DNA of 62,524 nt, counting the filler, from Choristocarpus tenellus KU-1152 (lineage: Eukaryota; Protista; Phaeophyceae): the NCBI GenBank assembly GCA_964200185.2. It is 10 parts of 10 records of this genome, joined end to end, with 100 filler letters (N's around TTAATTAATTAA, not from the genome) between each part and the next. Parts side by side here need not be neighbours in the genome. Positions count along the whole stretch, not along the records: positions 11,311 to 23,416 come from CAXNAD020001972.1; positions 23,517 to 28,648 come from CAXNAD020011776.1; 8 more parts are not named here. The stretch is one strand, 5' to 3'. Position 1 is the first letter of the stretch, and every line of letters begins with the position of its first letter. The notes under the pieces are model-generated. The model was not told the DNA's origin and made no database searches. It was given only the letters and a program-made list of their open reading frames with translations. Below are positions 12,471-25,218 of this stretch, piece after piece. The position numbers and the translations under genes are program-made.

Positions 12471-12806
12471 AGACAAGAGTTACATTTACATTTAGCATTC
12501 ATTACCTGGGTCGTTCGTTTGGCTGGCTTTTTCCCTGCCTAACCAAGTATACTTCCATCAAGTAATTGCACATTTGTTGCCACTCTTGGCGACCTACAAT
12601 ATAGGGTTCGAACCCCAATATGAGCGGTCATTCTTCAAAAAGCAAGAAAAATCGAAAAAAATACGAAGCCCCTAATCTGGAGTCTTCATCAAAAGTTATG
12701 ACGGTACAACCCCAAAGACGTAGGGTTTTTTTCCGAATATAGCGAGATTCGATCCCTCGAGAGTGGCGTTAGTTAGAAGAGTAGCAACCACCCTGGGTCA
12801 CCAAGA

Positions 12807-13089
12807 TGTTGGCGCTTAATACAACATTTGTAAACCCCTGACCTACCGAGTTAGTCTGTCAAGGGATTGAATTCTGGTATGTTTATATGGTTATATATCC
12901 GTCAAAAGGCTAAGCAAACCGCCAGGATACAAAACCTCACATTCGTAACTGCCCCGCCAAAGTTCACTAATTAGAGGGATAACAACCCTCGAGCGAAACC
13001 TCATCAAGTCTAACAGGTTGTGATCCCTGTGATTAGCTTTTGTTAAAACACTAGTAAATTTTAACCTACGAAGCAAGTAGTCAGCAACA
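12807..13089 (-). mobile_element. LTR (TGTTG...CAACA) followed by tRNA-Trp-type primer binding site
   Basis: 5-bp inverted ends, a minus-strand TATATAA near 12895, and TGGTGACCC 3 nt downstream on the minus strand (12803-12795). Confidence 0.55.
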
Positions 13090-13094
13090 CACAA

Positions 13095-13955
13095 GTTGTG
13101 TACCTATACCCTGCTAAGGACCCCCCAACCCACTACGGGCCCAGAATAAGCGTTCAATTACGAAGGTGATGTTCCTTGCAGCTGTGGTCCGCCCTAGGAA
13201 GCTCTCCAACAGGGTATGGTTTGATGGGAAAATCAGGATCTTGTCAATCATGGACATGGTCGCTCAGCGCTCCAGCCAAAACTGCCCTAAGGGCACCAAG
13301 GTGCTTGTGTCAACCACAGTGGATGGAGAGAGTTATAAGAAGCTCAAAATCGAGGATGGAAGGACACACAATCTTCGCGCGGCAGGATATGGTAAAGCCA
13401 CACACCAATGGGGGAATCATGGAGGCAATTGAGGAGGTGGTGAGGGACGACACTGTCATAGGGAACCAGCCAGTCAACTCACCTGACCTTGACGTCAACG
13501 ACATGAGGTTTTTCCATCCCACCCAGCTACTGAGAGAAGACGTGGGGGTGACCAACATAGAGGAGCTGGTGGAGGCCACATTGGAGGCATTTAATGTGTA
13601 CTCCCAGGAGACACTAGAGAGAGCGTCTGGCAGAGTCTCTTCGCTGTCTACAGTGAAGTGCCGGGGTCCAAGGATGACTAAATCGTTAAAGGTCCCCCTC
13701 TTAGAAAGGAAAGGCTGAGAAGGCAGGCAGTCTCCCCTCAAATGCCCCGGTTGATGCAGCAAAATACCATGTTGGAATGGAGTTTTGGAGAGCTTCGGGG
13801 GCAGAGTCATAGATAGGTGTAGGCTGCCCTATTTCGCTTGAGATTTTGGTTGGCTATATTTAAGTGTCTGCACAATACACCCGTAAAATATAAACATGAG
13901 AAAAAGTCTTGCTTCTTCATCTAGGCTGCAAAAGTTATGTTACAAACGGAGGAAG
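13095..13955 (+). mobile_element. Plant-mariner/Stowaway-like Tc1-mariner element, 3' half, degenerate
   Basis: Encodes KVMFLAAVVRPR..WFDGKI and QDxxKPH...SPDLDVNDMRFF. The right end ACGGAGGAAG|TA resembles the Stowaway TIR (CTCCCTCCGT) plus TA. Confidence 0.85.
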
Positions 13956-15069
13956 TACATAGTAGAGGGCGTTGTTGACCAGAAGTGAGTAGCTGGAAGA
14001 AAGACCACTCGCAACTTCATGTCCTGAGCTAATTGCTGTCTATGGGGAAAAAAACAAGGTGGATGTTGCTAATGTGAGAGCCAATGTTCAAGCGGCTAGC
14101 CATAAAAGATAGTCTCCTGCCCCTCACACAGCTGAAGAAGTTGATTCATTGCCAACTCGACATCCACCAAAGAGCGACTCTGCCTCCTCTAAGGTTTGTG
14201 ATAACCCTTATTGTGGACCATTATCTGCATCGATTTCCTCTAAACTAGTGAGTTGCCACCAGGGCCTACAGATAAGATATTTCTATTCTGATTCCGAGAC
14301 GGCGGGTGTAAAGTCAGTAAGTTTTGAAGACCACAATATGGCACAGGACGGGTGGTACTTTCAGACCTTTTCTCAGGTGAGGGGTAAAAAACAATTATTC
14401 ACTGGAGATGTATGCGTGGGTTGAATAACATACGAAATTTACGAAATAGTAACGAATCTCCAAAAAAAACACTACCTTCAAAGTATACAATTTTGAGTTA
14501 TTTTCTCTGGTTTCCAGGCACGTTGGCGATATATCGGACCAGATGACAGTCAGAGATTATGGGTTTTCTAATCGCTCTTGACTCTGTCTATGCACCAATC
14601 CCAATGGAAGACTGGAAAACTACGAAAGCTAGCTGTGTTGATGCTGAGCTTCATCCACACTCAGATCCATTGGGGCACATGTAGCAGACAGACATGCCCA
14701 TGCCATTCTTCTCAATGTGCTTTCCACCTGCTAAAACATACTGGAGTGTATTCATAGCGTACTGTACAAAGATGTAAATAAGATATATCTACAAAAATAG
14801 CTGTGGTCATAAAAATATAGTACACGAACAGAACGAGTTGTTTTTATTGTTATTTTTTACTTCAGGATGAACCAATTATACATTTGATACGAGAAGTATT
14901 TAATAACATCGCAATTCGTCCGTACGTATACTCGTGAATATTGACAAGAATGACACAACAGAACTATGACCTATGCGGCACCCGTAAGGGAGGGGGGGGN
15001 NNNNNNNNCATGCTTGCATTTCAAGTGTGAGAAAAAAAAAAAAAGAAGACCAAAAAGAAGGTGGGGCGG

Positions 15070-15100
<31 letters not shown>

Positions 15101-15196
15101 CTGGACTGTGGGGTGTGTGTGCCGGTGTAGCTAGTAGACGATTTTAAGGATGTGTACCCTGGGTTAATAGTGTGGTCTGTGGGATACTGTCAATCT

Positions 15197-15452
15197 GGAC
15201 AAACATTTATGAGGGTAGGAGGTTTCCCCTATTTGCTCGTTCGGGGCTTGGCTCCCCACAGGTTTATTACGCCCCTTTTCTGTTTTCTGAGTGAACACAA
15301 TTACCTAAAATGTGTACCACTACGAAAGGTGAGCCCGGAGCAGTGATACTGACACTTGCTACCAAACACGATAGCCAAAGTGAATCAAAATCGCAACATT
15401 GGATTTATGACCCTGAATGGACACGGCGTCAGATCCAAAGATAATTTTGATC
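15197..15452 (+). mobile_element. MITE family A, old diverged copy
   Basis: Contains the family body sequence CAAACACGATAGCCAAA...AAATCGCAACATTGGATT; termini are eroded. Confidence 0.7.
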
Positions 15453-16036
15453 ATAGGCCAGGTCCCTGGCAGGCAACAAAATAATCAAATTACGTTCGTT
15501 CAGGGCAGGGCCAACCATCCATGAGAATATTTTGTTAGGTAAAATAGTCTTGTAGACACAACAATGCAAACAATCTCATAGTGATTACTATACTATTTGT
15601 AACGGAGGACATTGGCATTTGTTTTGTCCTCTTAGAGTACGTATCTGCACCTTTCTCTCTGTCTATGCGAACCGAGAGTGAAACCATCCAATAGGGGGTA
15701 GATTTGAACTTTTTGAAGCTCGAGGCATGTTTTAACCTTGTGCAATATACACGCCATGCCCATGCCTGAAATGCATTTAACGCCCCATAGGATTTAGAAT
15801 TGTCTGTCGGTCGAAGAGGTGAAGAATAGTTGTGAGCACTTTCATTAGTCAAAAGCACCCTTTACAGTGCTCAATACACACGTACAAGTACCTCAAGATT
15901 ATCACAATGACCCTTAAAACTCGACATGTTCCTCTTCTTATCACTCCAAACAACATACTATTGTCTTGTGATTTTAGAAATATGTTTTATATACTTGATT
16001 ATTCACTAGTTTGAAGGGTAATAATGGCAATACATA

Positions 16037-16169
16037 GAGTGAAACTATCTTAGAGGGTACGATTTTTTCCCTGTTTGTCCATTTGTGGGGCTTGGCTTCC
16101 ATCAAAATCACAACATTGTATTTTGACCCCCAAATGGATGTGGCCCTACCCTCGAAGATCCTTTGGCTC
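16037..16169 (+). mobile_element. MITE family A, internally deleted (TSD CATA)
   Basis: Both TIRs are present and the middle is missing. Confidence 0.85.
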
Positions 16170-17583
16170 CATATTGCATTAGAAGTGCAGCTAGTACTGC
16201 TAATATAGAAGAAGAGAGACGTCCCAGAATGAACAGAACAATTGGACTCCCACACCATCCTGATCTGGAGTCTATAAGGCACATGCAATGAGTGGTGTTC
16301 TAATGTCAGTAAAGACACTTAAGAATGGTGGTGTGCAGTACCAATCTTCTTTGCAAACAAGTGTGATACACAGAAAGGTACAGTTATCTCAAAAGAGAAA
16401 GCCTGGTGTGCACAGATGTAGACGATCATGCCCACCTTGTTTAGGCTCACCTGATATAAAGCGTGCCAAGGTGTAGTCCGTTTTACAAGTTAAGTCTGTC
16501 TAACAATCTCTTGCAATTCACTATTTTCAATGGATGGAGTTCTAAGCTTGAGTTGAGACTGTTTATTTCTCTATTATTTTCCGACACAATTCACAAGATA
16601 TCTTACACACAATCGAATACAAAAACCGAATATTGGTCAGAGTTGTCAACATCCTTAAAAAAATATGACTGTATACCTCAATAATCGTTGACTTTGACTC
16701 TCTAATCGTTTCCCCCAGGATTCTCTACCACGAAGAGAGACATCCACCGAAATATTACCTGCCTCACAGACACCTCTGCAGAATGAACAAGATGGAGGCA
16801 AACTCACATTTCATCATAAAAACGGAAAGTCACTGAGATGTCGTAGATTCACTAGCATAGACAGGATGACATTTGTGTTCTGTTGCTTGTTAATATGTGT
16901 GCCCACCAGACAGTGAACTTGTGGCTTCTCACTTCTTATTTGCTCAAATATCCTTGTTCGTCTATAGAAAAACGGAAGAAAATATAAACATGCATAGCTC
17001 AATTGGCGAACTGGTTTGCGTCCTGTTCCAAGAGATAACATTCAGAGGGATGGTTTCCTCTTCCCGTAGCACCAAAAAAACAAGACCTCTCTTTAACAAG
17101 CAGTTCAACAAGAGAGTTATCCCAATGAAAAAGCAGTGCAGTGAGCCTTCACCACAAGGAGCCCATTCGCTCACCTTACAGGTATTGGAAAACAGAAAAA
17201 AAGTATTGCACATCCTGGTCCGATGATCACACTGGGTCTAAATGTCTTTTGACAATCGATTGTATAGGCTCCATTGTCAAGGTTGTAAGGCCATCTGCAG
17301 GATGTAATACTTTCACCTAAATGTTCAAATATTAACCCTAACCCTAACCTATTTCATGCTACATCACCGTCCTACAGATCAGCTGCAATCGAAATAGTAG
17401 TAAGAACCCCCCCCCAAGAAATGGTGCAACAGCTCCTCTGTCCCTTTCCGCATTAAAAAAATAGTCTCATCATACCCACATCCATTGCCTTCTGCTTTAT
17501 CGTCCTAGACACTAGAGTTCCTTGCTTGAAAGACAACCACAGATCTCTCTGAACCAGTAGGTCTATCTCTTCATGCCATCCTT

Positions 17584-20500
17584 TTACAAACCAGGCATTT
17601 TATCGAAATACTTGCAAAGCTCAGCTGCGCTGTTTTCAAGGTTGGCCATCTGCCAGAGGGTCACGCCTAGAACAGGGACGAGCAATCTAAGGTTCGCCTT
17701 GGCCTAGAGTAAAAACGAGTCACAAACCAATGGGAGAGAGGCAAAGTAAAGGTTAGGGTTAGCTCTTAACCTCCACACAACTGCCATTGAATGAAATGGA
17801 ACAAGGCATGAGAAGCTATGAAAAGTGCACCATTACATGTTGAGTTTTACGTATATAAACTTTAAGAAGGTGAAATTCGGTAGAGGTAGCACACACACAC
17901 ACATACATATATATATATCCCACTAAATCGATATATCTTAATCAGCAATCGTATCTCAATCTTCCTTGCACACAAGCCATTTGTTGGAGTAGGGTCGATG
18001 TGAAATGCCAAGGTTCGATTTCATTGAGACGGAAATTTCAAGCGGCATTTTCCTCTTGTTTTTTTCTCAACGATAAACCCTTACACTTGCAGGGTAACAG
18101 CCCTTAACAAAATCAAGATGCACTGATCTGCCCACACCTACTGCACTGGATGAAAGAGCTGTAAACGTTATTTATGGTTACACACTGCGCTCCAGGGAAA
18201 TACTTTCCCTTCACCAAAATAGAGGGGTTGACCGCAAATTGAGGTGAAGTTCAAGAATATGTAGATCATGTACGATGTTTCTAAGTATCAACCTGAAACG
18301 ACCTAAGACGGGAGCATCACTAGTTCCGATTATTTTGGACGTTGAGAAAAAGTACGCACAATAATAAATATATAGTTGGACATGCTACCTTGGCGAGACC
18401 ATCCTATAGAAAAAACGTTCTGATCCTTGCACTCACCTCATCAGACATGCCCCTCGAAGCCCTCGCCTTGTGAAGGTCAGGATCAAACGTCTTCACCACA
18501 AAGTAGTCCAATCCCAGGGTGCCCAGAACCGAAACAATCATGGACATTCCCACCAATGCCCTCGATTTCAGTGATGGAAAGGGCGCCATTTGAAACAACT
18601 ATGCAGAGATATACAATACACAATACACAAGAGGAAAAGTAAAAAAATAGGGTCGCCTTATGTCAATATTGTTCCTAGAGCTCAGAATAAGTCCCTTGTC
18701 TTCGTAGTTGGGATCACAGATAACTTAAATCCCACATCTTCCCTGAAATCGGCAAAACGTGTAGGGTCGTTTTTTCTGGCAAGCAAACTCTCAACTAATC
18801 CTGGAATTCTTAAAACGCTGGAGGGGAGGCAGGTTGGTACGAAAATACGAAGTATACTTATTGTAGGCTAGTGTACTTCGAACTATGAGATGTCTTTAAT
18901 TTCCATGATGTACAGTTGGCGTTTGTGAAACATAATAAAAAAAGCTCGTAATCAAAAGCAAACAACAAAGAAGAGGAATGGGAAGATTATAAAAAGAAAA
19001 ATAAATGTTGTAGAAGACTGTTGTAGAAGACTGTTACGTATGCCGTACATAGGCCCAGAGCGAATCAACTACAGCCGAAGCTAAAAAAGTGGGATCTCAA
19101 ACGGATCAAGGTAACTGTCACTGTCACTGTCACATATATGCTGCGTGCTGGTGCCCATTTCAGGTGATCCCACAACTATGACCGCTATATATGAGAGATA
19201 CCATCAGACTAGAAATAGATTGACCCTTAAGATATCCGATATGCGCCTAGAAAAACCTGACCCTAACCTCTCATCTCTGAACCCAGCCTCATTCTCCATG
19301 TATCTATCCAATAAAAAAATAATAGTAATAAAAAAAAAGTGATGAACATGCTATAGCCAACAAGCACACAAGGTCTCATTTGATCACACCTGTAAAAGCC
19401 AGCAGTGTATCAAGCACACAACTTCAAATCAAAGAACACATACAGGGAACTTTCTCCCACAGGGAAATTTCTCCCAGTAGAAGCAACAAGCAAGAACTGT
19501 CGACAGATTGACATTCAAATAACGCCCTCATCGTAAGACACAATCTCCTCCAAGTACAAGTGGGGCAATTTACCTTCTTGGCGACGGCAAGCAAGTATGG
19601 CAAGCCTGGTCGAAGGAAGCTACGAAATGATGTTGTCTTTGTTCCCATTCACCACAACAAGCACAGTCTTCTTACGACTTTTCAAATCACTATTGTTCAA
19701 CATTGTTTGGAAACGGGGGTGTATCCAACAGATAGCAGAGACTTTGGAGGTGTCATGTATCACATCATGAGTTTGTTCATCCTCCGGTTAACTCATGATG
19801 TCTACCACTCCCACTGAAGCGCGTGAGATGAACCAAGCCTTCACACAAGGGCTGCTTCAAACATGGTTCTTACAGAGGCAAGTAACGGCTTGCTTCTTTG
19901 TCTGCATGAAGAGAAGGGGAATGTAATTGAAGTGAAACGCTTTAGTGAGCAAAGTGTCAGTGCAACTGACAAACATGAGCCATATCATCTTTTTATGGAA
20001 GCCTACAGATATCCCACCCACCACCATCCAACCATTATCCGATGCATTGTGAAATCGATAAAACTTCGTACTTTATTTGGAAGCACGTAGGCATATATTT
20101 CCGTATAAATAGAGCACTACAGAAGATTAGAGAGACCCATACACACCTACAAATGTACACACACGCACACACATAGTGACACCAAAACAGGGATAAACGT
20201 ACCTAGACTATTAGTTGCTATCGCAAGACAAGTTACTACCCTACCCACTCACCACATTGATCCCAGGAAACGTTTCCATGAGGATAACCGCACACAGGAA
20301 CAGAGTCATTGCTGCTGGGTACAAGATGCCCTTTGTCTCCAGTACCCCTGCAGGATACGAAAAAAAGCGAATCAGGGAGAAGGAGACAATATCGGATTAG
20401 AGAATTTTGAATTTTGAATCAAATTCGATTCAAGTATATATGTAACTAACAAGGTATTTCTTCCCGATTTTGGAAAAAAGGACGGATATGAGTCACACAA

Positions 20501-23075
20501 GACACCTGTCTGTACGAAAATGTCAGCATGGTTGAACAGCTTATCATAGTCGCTTCTCGCAGCATGGTTGAACAGCAACGTGCCGGTACAGACTATCACC
20601 TTTCAAAAATGTAGTAGTACAGGAGAGCGTGCCATGATGAGCAGGGTATTTCTACATGTTTCACATAGCTCTATCATCACATATATGTTTTCTCTTACTG
20701 AACCACCAACAGAGAGTGTCCCCTCCGGCAACATACAAGACAGTGGTACTCTGTTCGACAAATCAATAGAATAAATGACTGCACCATCTGCCACTAACAA
20801 ATAGAATACTCGTCATGTAATAATAGTATATACTTACTGTATATATGTAAATATTACTACTATTGTAGTATCCTTCAATGTCCCTGAGAGTAGTGAATGT
20901 CGTACTATGACTATGACTATGATTATGAATATGCTGACTTTGCACAGTTGAGAAAGAATGACCTCCAGTCAATTTTCTCAGTTAAGATACGAGAAGCTCG
21001 GATGAAGTGACTGAGCAACTAATTCCCAAACAATTCAATAGTCCTACCTGACTACTGCTAAGTAACCCTCATCTTAACCCTCACTCCCCTTAGAGGTGCC
21101 CCTCAGACACAGCATTACTTTTAGAGACAATGCGTATCTTAAAAAAAATAGAAGGTATATTTCATCACCGAATGTATATTTCATCACCGAATGTATATTT
21201 CATCACCGAATGTATATTTCATCACCGAATGTATATTTCATCACCGAATGTACATTTCATCACCGAATGTACATTTCATCACCGAATGTATGTTTCATCA
21301 CCGAACGTATATTTCATCACCGAATGTATATTTCATCATCGAATGTATATTTCATCATCGAACGTATATTTCATCACCGAATGTATATTTCATCATCGAA
21401 CGTATATTTCATCACCGAATGTATGTTTCATCACCGAACGTATATTTCATCACCGAATGTATATTTCATCATCGAATGTATATTTCATCATCGAACGTAT
21501 ATTTCATCACCGAATGTATGTTTCATCACCGAACGTATATTTCATCACCGAATGTATATTTCATCATCGAATGTATATTTCATCACCGAATGTATATTTC
21601 ATCGCCGAATGTATATTTCATCATCGAATGTATGTTTCATCACTCTTATGTAGGAAAACACAACAAAAACCAACCCAAAGAAAAGGCCGATGAACAAGTA
21701 ACAAACAAAAGAACTACCGCATTGTTCCTCCCAACACAAAAGCTAGTAATAATCAACTAAAGCTATCTGATGTGGCAATTCTATCCAGACATGTATTTTC
21801 CCCTCTACAGGAAGAAACACAGATATGCTGCTACCCCCTTGGCACACACAGACACAGACACAGACACAGACAGACACAGACACACACACACACAAGAAAA
21901 TGTCCGAACCTAGCAATAAACCCCTCCCCGACCCCCCTTCCGCCAAGAACAGAAGAAGGTACTCTGCAATGTGGACAGCGTCCATTCACCTTTCATGAAG
22001 GGATAACCCTTGTGGTTAACCAGGCATACCATCACTGTCTGCACTGTGGAGAGCAGAAAGACAGCGTTTGTCACCAGGTTTGGAACAAACTTCCTCCTGG
22101 CAAAACCCACACCATGGGCTGCCGATGACACCTTCCAAAAAAAAAGAAAACAGCACAAGAATAGAAACACAGGAAATAGGATAATAGTTAATGTGATAGC
22201 GTCAAAAAGGTGCAAAAGCATTCAACTATGTAGTGACAAAAATGTGAACTGGAAGAAAAATACAAAACCAAATGGAAGACATCTACAGGAAAAACAAGGG
22301 ATCCGTCACATGAAATGGAACCAGCATTTCCCCTTCAATTAATTAGGCATGTATACTTGATGGATGGTGGTACAAGAAGCACACCTCACCATCGATAGCA
22401 TACAGAGTTTCACATGTTTCATATGGTACTACCAAAAATATAACAAAAAACACAAACTTTTTTTGCATCATTCGCAACATGCATGTATCGGAGTACATCA
22501 ATACTACTGGCTATTACTTAAATACTAATATTATCATGATTATATCAATACTTAAATATTCATGCTTTCATGAATATATCGGTATTTCAATACACCCCTG
22601 CTACATTGTACACATTTTTTTTATCTTAAATTGTGATTCCACCTTCTAAAAAACTAACTTCAAAATCATAGTAATATTAAACAAAACACATACACTACTA
22701 CTCACTTCCGGGTCCTCTCAGTATCCCACCCCACTTCATACAACAGGAAAAACTACAGCACTACCACCATACCACACACTAGCACTATTACTGGTACCAT
22801 ACCCACAGTACTATACTCCAGTGTACAACACAAGGTTTAGTCAAGGTTCATTCCTCACCATGGGAGGACTGTGGTTCTTTGCTGCATGCACAGCGAATGC
22901 CAGACATCCCACATTGAGTGCTGCCTGGCCAAGCACAGACAGGAAAACTGACCGGTGAAAGAATGAATGGGGGGGGCGGAGAGGGGAGACCCTTTCCAAG
23001 GGCTTGGCACTGGAGAGCGCAATGAACATGGGTGTTGTCAAGAACGATGTGAGAATCATCGGACGTTCAGCCCAC
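17584..23075 (-). CDS. P5A-type ATPase (ATP13A1/Spf1-like), C-terminal membrane exons; 5' part cut off by linker
   Basis: Exons 23075-22859, 22131-21990, 20347-20253, 18598-18437 and 17703-17584 splice in frame to a TAA. Motifs LSSAKPLERVSPLRPPHSFF, FVPNLVTNAVFLL..VQ....VNHKGYPF and ETFPGIN resemble P5A ATPase C-terminal helices. Confidence 0.85.
21155..21643. repeat. 19-bp minisatellite, about 25.7 copies (GTATATTTCATCACCGAAT), intronic
   Basis: Read directly from the sequence; no spacers; lies between ATPase exons 21990 and 20347. Confidence 0.98.
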
Positions 23076-23516
23076 CTGCACAACACACATGTAACACACA
23101 CACGTAACACACACACGTAACACACAGACAACACACAGACAACACACACAGACAGCAGATATTGCAAGTTAAGGGCCTTGGGCTTATGGCTTGGGTTGTT
23201 CCTGAGTTTTATACTTTGGTTTGGGTGTTGGCAGGGGAGGGGGTTGAAGAGTATCCTGTGGTGATGGAATGGTGTTCTTGCAAGAGGTCTTGGTAGCATT
23301 GATGTGTTTGTAAACAGCCATTATTGAAATCAGAGCATGTAGGTTAAGGGTGTGAAGCCAGAGGGGCTCTAAGTATGTGGGAAAGGGGGGGGTGGGGGGT
23401 GGCGACTGTCTGCTTGNNNNNNNNNNNNNNNNNNNNNNNNNNNNNNNNNNNNNNNNNNNNTTAATTAATTAANNNNNNNNNNNNNNNNNNNNNNNNNNNN
23501 NNNNNNNNNNNNNNNN

Positions 23517-23559
23517 CCCCCAAATGGACGCGGCTCTACCCTCTAAGATACTTTGGCTC
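23517..23559 (+). mobile_element. MITE family A, right end
   Basis: CCCCAAATGGACGCGGCTCTACCCTCTAAGATACTTTGGCTC. Confidence 0.85.
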
Positions 23560-23969
23560 AGAGGGGAACTCGAGAAGGTGCATCAGTGAGTGGGAGGTAC
23601 TAGTGGTCTCGTGCTGTTCCATCTTCACCATATCTTCTTCAAAAAAATTAAACAAACGGTAGATCACCATCTCCTCTCCATTACTCACTCTGCCTGACCC
23701 AAGTGCTCTCCCCATCTACTTACAGAGTCAGAGCATAAGAGAGGTACTACGATCGTTGTTAGGCAACCTCTTCTGTGGTCCCCGCAAACCTTGCAAGCAG
23801 AAGGGTCTCAGTGGTACATGGACTATTCTTCCAGAGCCCCACTGGGAGTGCATATCAGTTTGTCCTGAAGAAACCGCCCTCACCATTTGGGCAGGACGCA
23901 CCCAGGCGAGCAACATATCATATTCAGTGGGACTGCCTCATCAAGTCCTGCAGCTCCCACACACACCTT

Positions 23970-24228
23970 GAGTGAGAGTATCTTAGAGGGTACCAGTTTT
24001 GCCCTGTTTGTCCATTTGGGGCTTGGCTCCCCATGGATTTTTTAATGACATTTGCCTACTCCAAAATGTTTCGGAGTAGGTAAAATGTTTATGTTATGAA
24101 AAGGTGTATCCAGAACATGGATATTGACACTTCCTAAGAAACACGATGGCCAACATCACATCAAAATCACAACATTGGATTTTGGACCCCAAATGGACGC
24201 GTATCTACCCTCTAAGATACTTTGGCTC
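23970..24228 (+). mobile_element. MITE family A, full copy
   Basis: Both TIRs and the full body are present; no clean TSD. Confidence 0.9.
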
Positions 24229-24691
24229 TTACTCTTCCTAAGTACAGCTTCCCTAAGGTGCTAAGTATCATTTGATTATTGCCTGTCTCATGCCCCCCAA
24301 GCACGAAGCATACTGACGGCTACTATTGCGTAAAACAGGCAATAACATCAACACCAGCATTTAAAAAAAAAGAAGAAAAGAAAGGAGACAAGGGACAGAA
24401 AAGAGAGGACTGAAGAAAGAGCAAAATAAGGAATTAAGGGGATCAGGTACCTGGTCTGACAAAAAGGAAAAAAATGAAGCAAGGGATAGATAAAAAAAGA
24501 AGAAAAACAGGAAAAAGAAAAAAAGAACAAAATGCAGAATAAAGGGGATCAGGTACCTGGTTTACAGAAAATATAATATAATAAAATAAAATAAAATCCT
24601 ATATAAATTCATGTCTGTTCTGATGTGGGTTACTTCATGGTTCCAACTTCTGCTATCCTACATTCCATGCAGGAATTACCTGTTTCGGAAG

Positions 24692-25218
24692 TCTCGGTAG
24701 GACCTCCATGTTACAGCGCACTCCAGAAGCTTACCTCTACAAGGTGTATAGCTCCAATCTCTAGGCCTATAGATGATACTGATGCACGTAAAGAATAAAA
24801 TTATCTTAGAGGGTAGAGTCGCGCCCATTTGGGGGCCAAAATCCAATGTTGCTATTTGATGTAATTTTGGTTATCATGTTTGTTAGGAGATGTCAATATC
24901 TTTGTTCCGGACACTCCTTTTCATAACGTAGACATTTTACTTATCTCAAAACGTTTTAGAGTAGGTAAAATGTCATAAAAAATCGAGGGAAGCCAAGCCC
25001 CAAATGGGCAAACAGGAAAAAACACGTACCCTCTAAGATACTTTCACTCAAAGGACTCCTGATGTACAATATCATCGTATACAAAGGAACTGGTCAACGA
25101 TGTCTTATCACAATCGGAGACCACAATGACCAAGTAATAAATAAATAGTCAAGAAGTACNNNNNNNNNNTCAAGGTCATAATGGTGTTTATGAAACCGCC
25201 ATCAAGACGTACCGCCTG
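24692..25218 (-). mobile_element. Family C element, inverted, with nested family A MITE
   Basis: Reverse-complement similarity to 8331-8665 (CCTCCATGTTACAGC...CCAGAAGCTTACCTC). Confidence 0.65.
24793..25049 (-). mobile_element. MITE family A, inverted copy nested in family C element (TSD AAA)
   Basis: The empty-site homologue at 28011-28030 (GATGCACATACAGGACTCCT) implies a 3-bp duplication. Confidence 0.9.

Noticed and set aside
21096-21760. Three overlapping 185-189 aa ORFs, or a CRISPR-like array
   Set aside because: They are a by-product of a stop-free 19-bp tandem repeat. There are no unique spacers and no cas genes, and the context is a eukaryotic intron.
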